Assembly (NCBI GenBank): GCA_011109175.1
Contig: RDEW01000089.1
Span: 62,753-126,752, forward strand
Source: Dicyema japonicum
Taxonomy: Eukaryota > Animalia > Dicyemida
Length of the DNA: 64,000 nucleotides
Direction of reading: 5' to 3'
Part shown: positions 21,846 through 34,479 of the stretch, piece after piece
Numbering within the stretch: the first letter of the stretch is position 1
Layout of the letters: each line of letters begins with the position of its first letter
Program-made: the position numbers and the translations under genes
The notes under the pieces: model-generated
The model's database searches: none
What the model was told of the DNA's origin: nothing
The model's input: only the letters and a program-made list of their open reading frames with translations

Positions 21846-22999
21846 ATGGCATTTACTTCATACAAGGAGCGTTTTATCTTGATTCTTTAAAAATCGAGAA
21901 GAGCAGTCCTGCACAAAAGGCTCGACAATAAGTTAGATGAAGATTTCTTAGTAATGTCAATCAGAGATTCGACAGAGAAAAAGATGGAAAACTTCCTAAA
22001 ACAAAATACCATCATTGACTACTATGCCGCAACACAGAATAAATCATAAAAGGGCTATTTTTACTGAAAATTTAAGATTTATTGACAACCACAATTTACT
22101 TTCAAAGCAAGGAGAAGTTTTGTATGAATTGGGAATTAATCAGTTTGCTGACTTGGTTATCTCATAAAATAATTTTGTAGACAAGGAGAGAAATCCTCAA
22201 ACCCAGCAAATTCAATTTATATAATAATTACAATTCTTATGGAACAGTGGAAAATGAATTAATTGTTGATTACACTATCCATGGAAAGAAATATCCTCGA
22301 TTTTTTAATTGGATAAAAAAACAGTGTAACTGTTATAAAAATTCCAAGATCTGTATTTGGGTCATGTTATGCATTTGCCGCAGTTAACAATTGATTAATA
22401 TATTTAGTTAGCCACGTTGGAGTCGCATTTGGCAATCAAAAACTATAAACTAGTATCAATGAGCGCACAAAATATCGTTGATTGTGTTATATACGGATGC
22501 AACGGTGTAAGTGAAAGTACTGTGTATGAATACATACAAAAAAACGGAAGAATTAATTCTGAAAAACGGTATCCATATATTCCCACAGTAAATCGACGGA
22601 TAATTATAAAGGATGGTAAATGCAAATATGGAGGTCAACCAGATCTTAAGTTTAAATTGACTGAATACTTGAGAGTGGCAATGAAAAAATGCTTTTGCGT
22701 ACTTTTGTAGATGTTCGTCCTGTCACTGTTGGTGTTTATTTTTCTATAAGCTTTGAACGTTATTTTAAAGGTAAATATAATGAAACGTTTTAGGAATATT
22801 TCAATTCAAAAATTGTTTGCCTGAGAATAATTACCACTTTATTTCAGTTGTCGGTTATGGAGTCTCAAAAGGAGAAAAGTATTGGCTCATAAAAAATTCA
22901 TGGGGTAAAATTTGGGGGATAAATGGCTACATGAAATTGGCACGTGGGAAAGATAACTGTGGATTTCCTCTGAATCCCAAATATCCTATAATCGAATAA
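21846..22999 (+). pseudogene. Cathepsin L-like (papain C1A) gene with micro-introns, frameshifted as assembled
   Basis: ERFNIN-like HKRAIFTENLRFIDNHN, GINQFADL, GSCYAFAA, SAQNIVDC, NYHFISVVGYG, WLIKNSWG; introns 22156-22180, 22383-22407, 22588-22611, 22771-22793; start codon uncertain. Confidence 0.82.
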
Positions 23000-23149
23000 T
23001 CGTTAAGGGTGAAATTACTATTTGGTTCTGATAATATTGAGTTAATTTAATTTCACTTGTATTATTTTTTTCCAATAAAAAATATTTACTTAATACTATT
23101 TTTTACTAATTTATATTTTAAAACGTTTCTGTAACAAAAGGACCGGATT

Positions 23150-25025
23150 TCAGTGATCCAGCTCAATGTGAATGGAATCAAGGGCTCAAAACACTCATCT
23201 CAAAAATCAAAATTGACATCCTACTAATTCAAGAGTCTAATTTGACTCCGAAGGACTCTACGCCTATTTTTCCTGGATTCAATGTTATTCGGAAAGATCG
23301 TACAGAGAATTGTGGAGGTGGACTACTAACGATTATTAGAAAGGGACTCAAATATCAGGACTGTTCATCAGAAACTCCTGGGGACGATGAAACCACGGAA
23401 GCCATTGGAATTTCTGTGAGTTCAACAAAAGGAAAATTGTTTCTGGTGAACGTCTATATACCTCCTCCTGGCTCATGCTCTAAAAAGTATTTAATGGTTG
23501 ACTTATCTACTTTGGAAAATATGGGGGATATCTTGATCTGCGGAGACCTGAATAGCAAACATCCTCTTTGGCTGTCAATTGCAAGAGGAAGACTTTACTC
23601 TCGCAGTCTGGAAAACTGATGATTATTAATGACCCCTCGAAACACACAAGAACCCCTTTCAGGATTCTGACCAACCCACATTTCAGACATCACTCTCTGC
23701 TCCCCAGCCTTTCTACAAGAGTAACTTGGTCCGTCATATACGATACCAGAAGCGACCACAACCCTATTTTATTGAAGATCAGTAGGGTGTATTTTGTGAT
23801 AAAAGTCGACCTACATATACAAATCCGCAAACTGAAACCTTTTCCGGATTATTACTGAATATCGTTTTGCTGACGTAAATCTGGAGGATTTCTCCTCTTG
23901 ACAAGGGTGTATCACATAAATGACATCATTCTACAAGGGAGATAAATGGCTGTCCCAATAGGACACACCTGCTACACAAGAGGCTTTGGAAAGATTGCTT
24001 TGGTCAAGAAAAGAAATAGCCTCAAAAAGGCAGGAATTCGTCAACTGAGGCAAAACTCCGACTGAAAGCTCTGAATGAAAATATAAAGGCCAAAGAACTT
24101 AAGATACATAAAGCAAAATGGTCACGGGTTCTCACAGCTTTGAACCGAAATCAGACGACCCCCAAGTATGGAAAATTATTGGGACATAAGGGCTCATGAT
24201 AGACCAACCGACGAATCCGAATACAACCAGAAGGATCGGAATTCCATTATGAAGTATTATGTGAAAATTGCCCATAAAGAGAAACGGAAGATCAAGACAG
24301 GTTAACTTCCTTTGGAAAAGCCGAAGAGGGACCGCTTATCTTCCTACTTTTCAGAAACGGATGTAAAAGAAGCATTGTTCAATACAAATACTACCTATTC
24401 CCACGGCCCAGATGGAATCCCTGTTATCCTGCTGAAAAATCTTGGACCGGAGGCGATCAGGACCCTTACAAAGATCTATAATTGGTCTTTGAAGGAAAAT
24501 ACGATCCCCTCACTATGGGAACTCGCCTACATCCGCCAGATATTGAATGAGAAAACCAAAAAACGACCCGGCTTCATTCATACGGTATCGTTGCTATCTG
24601 CAATGTCGAAAATTCTGGAAAAACTAGTTCTTCAAAAGATCAGAGGAATAATCCCAGAGAACCATTCCAACACGGATTTAAATTTCTTCACTTGACGGAT
24701 ACCCAGCTACTATCCCTGAGTGATTTTATTCGCTCTGGGTTCACAAGCAAACCCAGGCACAAAAAGACAATTCTATGTTCTGTAGACATTCACAAGGCAT
24801 TCGACTCCATCCCAAGAAAAAACTCAAAGGAAAATCTATCAGACGATATACCTGGGATTTTCAAACTCTGGCTGGTGAATTTCTAGTGGACAAAGAGGAC
24901 GAGTCTGTTAGTAGCAGATGGAAGCAAGTTCTTATTCTGAAGATCCTGGGAGTAATATTCGACACCTATATGACTTTCCCGCGCCACGTGGGAAATGTTT
25001 TAAACAAATTTGAGAAGAAAATCAA
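23150..25025 (+). mobile_element. Jockey/I-like LINE (APE plus RT), degenerate, runs into the gap
   Basis: LIQES, GGGLLTIIRK, NVYIPP, ICGDLN, SDHNPI, GPDGI, SKILEKLV, DIHKAFDSI, LGVIFD. Confidence 0.85.
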
Positions 25026-25589
25026 NNNNNNNNNNNNNNNNNNNNNNNNNNNNNNNNNNNNNNNNNNNNNNNNNNNNNNNNNNNNNNNNNNNNNNNNNNN
25101 NNNNNNNNNNNNNNNNNNNNNNNNNNNNNNNNNNNNNNNNNNNNNNNNNNNNNNNNNNNNNNNNNNNNNNNNNNNNNNNNNNNNNNNNNNNNNNNNNNNN
25201 NNNNNNNNNNNNNNNNNNNNNNNNNNNNNNNNNNNNNNNNNNNNNNNNNNNNNNNNNNNNNNNNNNNNNNNNNNNNNNNNNNNNNNNNNNNNNNNNNNNN
25301 NNNNNNNNNNNNNNNNNNNNNNNNNNNNNNNNNNNNNNNNNNNNNNNNNNNNNNNNNNNNNNNNNNNNNNNNNNNNNNNNNNNNNNNNNNNNNNNNNNNN
25401 NNNNNNNNNNNNNNNNNNNNNNNNNNNNNNNNNNNNNNNNNNNNNNNNNNNNNNNNNNNNNNNNNNNNNNNNNNNNNNNNNNNNNNNNNNNNNNNNNNNN
25501 NNNNNNNNNNNNNNNNNNNNNNNNNNNNNNNNNNNNNNNNNNNNNNNNNNNNNNNNNNNNNNNNNNNNNNNNNNNNNNNNNNNNNNNNN
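25026..25589. other. Assembly gap (564 N)
   Basis: Run of N. Confidence 1.
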
Positions 25590-26773
25590 CTTTCGCTCCT
25601 TCAACATTATCGGAGCGCGGTATATTGTTGAAGCGGGAATCGCTTCGGTCCTAAAAAAATTTGGACGCCTTGATACACTAAAAAGCCACGACGCACGTGA
25701 GACTGGAAGGTTCTCCAATTGATCTCTTTCATGATCGCGAAAAGCGACTCAACGTCAATTATGTCGGCGGGGATCGATTTTGATTAATTTTAATATTTTT
25801 GAGCAAATTAAATAAATTGTACCAAAAAACACCGTAATAACTAGAATGAAAAAATTCAGGTTATCCCGGTCTCTCTTAAAAGTCTTCGCATGCTCTGACT
25901 TAAAGGAAGTGCAGTCTAGGGTGGACTACTCTGGATGGTTGTTGACTAATGGTCTTTTTGGATATAATTTAGGATCATTGGTGAACCACATGACGCACGA
26001 CAACGATTTAAGCTCCCTAGAGACAAAAGGGAAGAGAAGGAACAAAAGAAACAAACAAAAATATTCAATTTAGGAGGCCGCATTGCACAACTCTTGGCAT
26101 TTTCTTTGATTTTTATGTTTAATAAAGTTTGTTATTATTTGAATTATATATCAGAGAGTTGTTCAATAAATCTCCAACACTATTCATTGATCATTAAGCA
26201 ATTTTATGCAATAAAATTTATTCAGGTGTTACAAACTTGAATGGGTTTACTTACATTGTTCCTAAAAAGTAAAAAATCATAATGACTGCTTTGAATATTT
26301 TTAAAGTATCTGTGGGGATGGATTATTGTATCTCCGTTTCCTCACAATTGAAGTTGCATTTTGTCATTCTTATGGCCGCTATTGTCCACCATCTCACCTG
26401 AAGATTCTTCTGAACTTGTAACGAACTTACCCTCAATTCCTCCAATATCATGAATTTGATGATTTTGAGCGTCAAATACGGCAACTGCTTACGACTCTCA
26501 AACCTGCAAATTAAGAGAGGTTATATTCATGCAGGAAGACTTTTAGGAAAGGACTTTCCTCAGTCACTTCAATAGTGAACTGATGCTCTTCTAGTTCTTA
26601 CAGCAATGTGTCTCCACAGCAATGTGGGTGAAGTGGGATTGGCATGGATGACAGATGGCTCAATGATTTGTTGGAGGAGATAAGGATTAAACAATAAAAA
26701 ACATATTTCACTTTAATATTCTGAACTTCGCTGAAATCTTTATTTCATAGATTTGTTGTCCCAATCTGTTTAG

Positions 26774-29700
26774 TTAGTTAGTTAGTTAAGAGCTCTTTCG
26801 CGTGGCCCTGAAAGGGGTTCGCTTGAGTCATGTTTTGCAGCCATCCTCCTCGCCATCCTCGCCCACGCCATCTTGTTCCTGGCCCTCATTCGAACATCAT
26901 CCAGATCGTCCGCTGTCACCAATTTACGATTATTTTGTTCGTAGTCATCTTTTAAGCAGGTTGGAAGTGTGTGTCTTGGTCTGCCTCGAAATCCGCGACT
27001 TCCGGCGTAGTAGAAATATTCTTCCATTATTCTGTTACATGGCGTAGTCGGGTCCAGTCTGAGGATATGTCCAAATAGTCGCCATCTCGATAAAATAAAA
27101 TCGGTGCTGAGTGGTCTGGATTTACATCGTGAATATAGATTTTCATTTGAGATTTTTCTCGGCCAAAAAATTCCAATCAACATGCGGAGTTTTTTCCTGT
27201 GAAAAGTATATAGCTTCTCTAAATCAATTTTAGAACATGCCCATGTTCCGGAATTGTATAGCAAAATTGGTTTAACAAACGTGTCGTATAGTCTGACACG
27301 AAGTTTCAGTGATACATGTTTTTTCCTTATCCAAATTTGGTACATTTTTTGAAGTATATGGCAGCCAGCATTTTCCTTCGACAAATATCCTCAGCATCAC
27401 TTAGCAGTGAGCCGAGTTTTTTGGTATGTCTCCAGCACTCATCGTTCCTTGATTCTGCTCGTTCGACTCGTGTATAATCAGTTTTTTTAATGTTTATGCG
27501 TAAATCCCAATTGTTAAAAATACGTTCGGCTTGAAGTAAAATTTGGTCAAGTATTTCTTGGTCGGTAGACACAAAGTCTACATCATCCGCATAAATTAAC
27601 TTTGTTATGTCCCGGTATTTAGGACCCATGAGATTTCTCAATTCCTTAAGCGCAGCTTCGAGGTAAACAATAAATATAATTGGGGACAAGGAATCTCCTT
27701 GTGGAGTGCCCATGTTCGTACTGGAACTCTTCGAATGCTTTGTTCCTATTCTCACGTATAGGTCAGTTTCGGAAAGTAATAAACTTATTAGTCTCAGGCA
27801 GTCCTCGTCAAGCAGTTCCTTTAGAACAATCATGAGTTTTTCTATATTGATGCTGTCAAAAGCCTTCGTTAGATCAATTCCTAGGATGTAGATTACTTTC
27901 GTGTATTTTTGACATATTGATGTGAGCCATCGATGACTCCACACAATATCTGAGGTTGATCTTCCACTTCTAAACCCACTTTGACTTAGGGAAAGGTATT
28001 TTTCCACTGGCTCTCGTATACGGTTAAGCACTATGATCGATAAGGTTTTCCTGATAACTGACAATAGAATAATAGGTCTTAGTCGTCCAACGACCCTTCT
28101 TTTTTCCCAGGTTTATGTATTGGAATTAAGACTCCATGTCCCAAAGGAAGTGGACAGTGAAGTTCCATCGACTCATTTAAGATATTCGTGATTATATTCC
28201 CAACAGTAACCGGGGCATGTTTTAGTAACTCACCCGGAATGCCATCATAACCAGCCGACCGATTTCCCTTTAGATGCATAAATGCATCGGTTACTTCCTT
28301 TATTGTAATTTTGTTTGTAAGGGGTCTCGGATATCCAATAAATTTAGGTACATTCATCCCTTCAGATTTAAACAACGACTCGAAGTGTCTAGCAATATAA
28401 TTTGCTTTATCCTCAGGGTTTTGAAATATTGACCTTCGTCGTCACAGACTTTCAGTGGTTTCTTTGCAGTTCCTCGTGTAAGTAGTCTAACAGCAGAGAA
28501 CATTCGTCTTCCATACTGACAGTTTTCGATTTCAGTTGCTTTATCGTCCAAATATTTGTGCCAAAGATATTTGATCGTCTTCTTATCAGATGCGATATTT
28601 GATTGCGTTTTCTCCTTAATGCACATTTATTCGAATTTGAACTTCCCAGTTTCGAACGTATTTCTTTCTGCTGCTCAGACAATTCTCGAATTAAGGGGTC
28701 ATGAATCATTCGTCTATTTTGGTCTTTTTCCTGGTATTTAACAGTCTCTATCGCCGACAGTATAAGAATATCCAAGATCTTCCCGAGGTCAGTCGAGGGG
28801 GTGCCACTGGGTTCAACTCCACGTAAACGTTTAGAGACATTTTGTTGGTATCTCTTTTGCCAAGTGTCAAAAGTCAACATTTCCACAGCCAAACGTTTAT
28901 TTAGAGGTGTGATTTTCCTCTTGACTGCCTCAATTCCGTAGTATCGTTTGAGATTTAATCTGGCCACCGTTAGCTTATGGTCACCGTCAGTAGTGGTTCC
29001 TCCATAACTCCTAGAGTCAGACAGAAGTCTCTTCTAGTAGATAGGGCAGATAATGTAGTCTATTTGGTTGAATATGCACGTATGTTCGTCTTTGGACCTT
29101 CTTATGCCAACCCAGGTAGTTCTATGTTTTGCTGGGTGTTTAAAAGTGGTATTGCATAGATACAGATTTGATGAATTACCAAAATCCATGAGTCAGTGTC
29201 CAGATAGTTTACGATACCTTCTGCCATATTTTCCCATACAGACTTTGTCGTGCCTTCTCATGCCACCTTTGGCATTCCAGTCACCACAGATAAATATAAG
29301 TGCAGATCGATGAACTCGCATATATGTATTCGATAGGATTTGATAAAACTCTTCCAACTCATCCATATTTTTGGAAACTCTGCTTATGTGTGGGGCATAT
29401 ACATTGATAACAGTCATCATAGTATTGTTTGTAGATGATAAACACAATTGCATAACCGCAACACGATCACTGACTGTCCATACTTTATGCAAGCAGTTCA
29501 CTAGGTTCGAGATAATTGCAAAACCATGACCGTAATTCGATTTTCTGATGGGAGTAGAAGAATCCGGTAGTTACCGAAGGTTTCATCGGATCCTAGGGCG
29601 TTTTTTGTTTCCTGTATGCAGCAAATGTCGATTTTGTAACGGGACAGATCTTCAGATAATAGTTCCCTCTTGATCAGAGATGAGAGGCCACGAACATTGT

Positions 29701-29797
29701 ATGTGGCGATGGAAAACAAGGATTTTGCATTTAGACATGATAAAGACATGAATTTTTCTTGAGAAGAAAAACAGAAGCACGTCACCACTTCAACCAA
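26774..29797 (-). mobile_element. Full-length RTE-clade LINE (~3.0 kb, APE plus RT), copy A, frameshifted
   Basis: ATYNVRGL, CIQETK, NVYAP, CGDWN, QSGFR, DLTKAFDS, GTPQGDSLSP, YADD, WRLFGHILR, RGRPR; (TAAC)n tail; flanks ccaat(c/a)tgtttag at 26761-26773 and 29794-29806. Confidence 0.95.
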
Positions 29798-30374
29798 TAT
29801 GTTTAGCTATACTATACAATTTGTTCTGTATATTGATTAATTTATGATTTTTACTTTTTATCGAATTTGAAAATTTTATGATTTAGAAAGAGACTTGTAA
29901 ATTAGCTTAGGAATTTAATAGAACAAATTTTGAAAAACTGATGATGATAATGAGGAGAAAAAATTTACACTGCAGCTACCCTTTCGACAATCAAGCAATA
30001 CACCTAGTCTGTTTATGTATTAGAGTAATCACAATTTCCATACTGCTCAATCAGAATGGAGGATTCGTCGTGTAACTGATAGCTGCGGGGTCCAAATGTG
30101 CAATATCCACATCACTGGATGTATCGGCAGTTTGGAATCTTACATAACAATGTTGGCAGAGGTATTTCTAAAACGGAGATTGCTTGGAATTTAGTCAGAA
30201 TGACTCAGTTAAGCGAATGCTTACTAAGGACGGATAATTAGTGGTTGTAATTGATAATGCCCTATCACACTCAAAAAGTAAAGTCGTATTTGAAGAACCA
30301 GAATTTGTGGGGCATGTTATCTTGTGACTAGCAACATATAGTTGAGTGTTCAACCCAATCGAGAAATTAAGTGA

Positions 30375-31190
30375 TCTCGAAGGCCTCAATCAGATTTCTC
30401 ATTTTCTCATCGTGCGCCTTCTGGGATCCAAAACAACTTTTCTGTGGGCAGGGTGGTTTCGGGGATAGGAATTGGAGAGGGATGATGTATACCCTTCTCA
30501 TACTACACGTCGTGGTTGCGTATTGTTTAGAGTTGCACTGTCTGCACAGGGTAGAAAATCCCTTTCCGTTTTGTCGGATAAGATCTTCAAGTGATAAGGG
30601 TATTAGTTTTTCTAGCTTTCTGAGATTTCAAGTAATCGTGGCTGTTAAAGCCCGAATGTCCCGGATTCATTGATTGTTCTTCTAGGAAGATTGATTCCCC
30701 ATTACATACACGTATATCTTACAGATGGTTTAATGAATTGTTTGTACAACAATTTCAAAGCCACCGAAAATAGTTTTGATTATCCCTTATTTTTTTGAGT
30801 ATTTCCAGAAATTTCGTCGACGTGAGATGAAAAGGACATGTGTGTGTTGAAGGTGATCCCCAGACTTTCTGATGCCTTGGAGATATCTTGATCGTGGGAC
30901 CCGACTAATTGGTATCACCATATGATAGGAGAAAATCGTCTTTATCATGGGTCGTGGTAAATCGGACATGTATAAGTTAAATAAGGCGGGTGATAAAGAG
31001 GAACTTTGTGGGACACAATTGGGTAGTATTTTTGAAACTGATTTGGTTTCATCAATGTATAAACGGGCCCTTCTTCCATTGACGAAGTGAAAAGCCAAAG
31101 TATTATATTGGGGTTGACGGGGAGAACAAACAATTTCCGGTTATGATTTTCCTTGAGACAGAGTCGAAGGCCATTTGTAAATCGATCGAG
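30375..31190 (-). mobile_element. LINE RT-to-3' remnant (also 54420-55240)
   Basis: QKAFDSVS (copy B), VPQSSSLSPALFNLYMSDLP, C-terminus HDEKMRNLIEAFEIT*. Confidence 0.7.
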
Positions 31191-31329
31191 CAAATGACTG
31201 TTTTGAGGTGACGAGGATTTGTGTTAAAGCCTTCAATGATAACTTGTTCATCCTTTTTAAGCCCTCACTGACATCTGAATGTGAGATTAAATTAATCGGT
31301 TGTGTTCTCTTCGGTCTTATTGAGGATAG

Positions 31330-31720
31330 AGAAGGCCCAAACATTTTCCTGAACGCCATTATAAGCAAAAAGGCCCATACATTTTCCGGGCACTGTTTCA
31401 GCCTTTTTTGGTTGCGAATCTTAAAGGTCAATTTCCAGATGTAGTCGTGTAACACAATGTATGACTTACAGTCGTTAGTTAGCACCGAGATTGGATACCT
31501 CTGTCTACCTTGATTTGGACCTCGCTGTTCTCAACTACAGATTGCACCTTTTGAGTCCGCAACTTTCTGGTGTGGCGAATGCCATACTTATTGCATAGTA
31601 GAAGACTCCTTATTATCTCGTTATCATCTGTGAAGGAGACAACTCTGCTTAAATATTTCCAATCACAAATCGACAACAATCTTTCCGGAAACTAAGAGAA
31701 AACGCTGTCCCGAGAATAGG
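31330..31720 (-). mobile_element. R4/Dong-like endonuclease remnant (also about 55370-55760)
   Basis: DNEIIRSLLLCNKYGIRHTRKLRTQKVQSVVEN; 31482-31625 matches 21255-21405 at the nucleotide level. Confidence 0.7.
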
Positions 31721-33319
31721 CCCAATTCCACAGTTTTTTTACCAGTGCATATAGGTAGAAAAGAAAATCAGAAACATCATCGAAAGCATCTAGTTAACGA
31801 GAAGAAGGATTCTTCCTGATGTATGGTCCAAAATATTTTAAAGTGTCTGTATATCGTCCAAAATATTTTAAAGTAATTATTATATCACATGACTTAAATC
31901 ACCAAGCTATTCACATTGCAAAATACGATCTCGAACCCATCTAGTTTCTCGAGATCATTAGTGACCCTATTGATCATCGGCTCCATATATGAATGGACTT
32001 GATCCTAGGCTGATGGAGCCAAATTTTTCGGAAAAAATACTTTAACATGCATAGCGTCCCAAACCATGTTCCGACAATTAGCGAGTGGGAATATCGTCAT
32101 CCCTTAATTGCGTTTTCCATTACTAAGGAATAAACTAGTGGTGGCCAGGAGAGTAAAGTGCATTATTAAGTCAAATTGAGACCGCATTTATGGGGACATC
32201 CATACATCAGCTTAAAGGATGATAATCATCATCTAACGTCCACAATGATATTTTCATTTAGCACAAACTTTATGGTCAAGACAAAGTGAAGCTACTTTTC
32301 TCACTGCCTCATCGTCAGAACGTTGCCAATTTCATCACAGATAAAATTTAACCAAGCATTTGATGAATGACTTCTAGCCCTTTTGAGACAGGCCTTCTTG
32401 CATCCAAATTGCTATCAAAAAACTCTTTATTTATCAAAAACATATCTTAATCCGATTTCAGATTAGTTCAGTCATCCGGATTTCTAAGGAATATTTCATA
32501 ACTCACAGATCCTGCTGGTTACAGATAATAAGAGTTAGAACAGTATTCAAAGATCGCAACCAAATTTGGTTCCATATAAAAGTTAGGAGACCAATCGCAT
32601 CTTAGTCATCAAATGTATATTTAAAATCACTTCAACGGTTGACCTAATTTTACTTCAAGGAGAAAAATTAATAAACTTGATCGTTTTTTTCAGGGAAATA
32701 AATTGGTGTTAATTAAGTAAAATTTATATTGATTAAAAAATAATATACTAGTTTTTAAACTGAATCGTACTGCTGTAACATGTCTTAGAAATAATAATTT
32801 CATTTCAAAAATAACTATGAGGGGATGAATCAAATATAAAGAACAGACAGTTTCACTCAGATTTTCGCTGAATGACATAAGCATTATCACAATTCATAAT
32901 ATAGAACTTAAACCTTCCTCTATGCGCTTTCATGCAGAAGAGGAATATTTTCAAACAGTTGAGATCGCACGATGAGACTATTTACTTTATAAAGAACATA
33001 TTCAATTCACCACGAATACTACAATATAAACCAAAATGTACACACATAATAAGATGCTTAATTAAATCAGCCACAATTGATGTCATCATTGAATAATTTT
33101 TTGGCTAAATAGAGGGGCTTGTAATTTAAGATATAAACAAAATAACACTAAAAACACGTTTCAAATTAAATCAAAAAATTATTGTTGGTAGTTTGGTCAC
33201 TGGTGGAATGCTCCGATAGATTTTGTAAGATATTGATCCTTGAGCACATAATTAGTTGATTTAACCTTTTTTGATGATGGTCTTGGGGTTTCATAAATAA
33301 ATATATATATGGGTAACAA

Positions 33320-33925
33320 TGACACGTGGCTCATCTACGTAGAGGAGTTTTTCACTTGAATTGTTAGAATAGAGTTTCAACCTCTTATCCAGCATCATGG
33401 ATGCGGATATTGTTTTATCCTGTTTCTATACTGGAGAGACGTCGACGAAAATCCTTGCAAGATCTCATTATAATGCAAATTAACTATAAAGAAATCAGAA
33501 CGAATATTACCGAACTATAACGCTTTAACTTCAGACATTCTGTAAATATCGCTATTTTCCGTGAGCTAAATTCCTCAAGCCCCTGTACCTATTAAATTCC
33601 CGATACTGCTCTGAACTCAAGCGATTCATCTGGATAGAAAATACGATAATCGGTATGCTAAAAAACAAGTGGAGAATATTATAATATGTAAAGATATGAA
33701 CGCCAAATTTCTTCAATGGTAGACTACTCAATTAGTCGATAAGAGAGGTAATCTAATTTTTGACTCTTTATAAATCCAATGATTCTAAATATCCCGAACA
33801 TTTAACATTGCAAAGAGATCATAATCAACTTCACAAGGCTTGTCCATTTCTTCCTCAAAGATTGCCCACTAATTTCTTGGAACGTCTCCCATGACTTCCA
33901 AAGTGATCATAATCCATTTATACTT
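33320..33925 (+). mobile_element. LINE 5' end with APE endonuclease remnant (also 57350-57960)
   Basis: cacgtggctc leader; IMQIN, ICGDFN (copy B), SDHNPF. Confidence 0.6.
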
Positions 33926-34479
33926 AGTTACGCCATTTCAAAACCCCACACGGGGAAAGAGCAACATCGAAAAATTACAAGAAAACAGAGTAGCAAAATT
34001 TCAAGATATTCACTGACCGTAACGTAATTGAGTTTTCATATTTAATTCTCTCGACATGAGAGTGAACCATCTAAATAGTTTTATTCCAGACCAAAAAAGC
34101 TATTATCTTTCGAGTAGTGCATAAATGCTGTAATAATACGGAGGACGTGAGATCAAAATCGAATCTACTCTAAATTGTTTCCGTCAAGGATCGCTTTACA
34201 ATTATTCTTAATCGAAGTATCTTGCCCAAGAGGACTTGATTCAACGCTTTTTAAAATATGTTGACAATTTAATTATTACAATCCGAGACAGTCTTGTGGA
34301 TCTGCAAAATCAAAAAATCATTCACACCAAATCGCTATATGGTATGCTTAATTCGATTCATATTGTGATTCTTACGACTACTATCCATAATTGCTCATAT
34401 AAATATTAGTTAAGCCATGTCTCTTAATTTTAAATAATTTTTTAGATAAAATATTAACACGTTGTCATTGTCAATTGTT

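Noticed and set aside
24775-25722. Long ORFs of 214-315 aa
   Set aside because: Artefacts of translating through the N gap.
26300-26700. Possible cadherin-like exon (HQFTIEVTEESP) on the minus strand
   Set aside because: No DxD/LDRE/DxNDN motifs recovered and the frames are broken in both copies.
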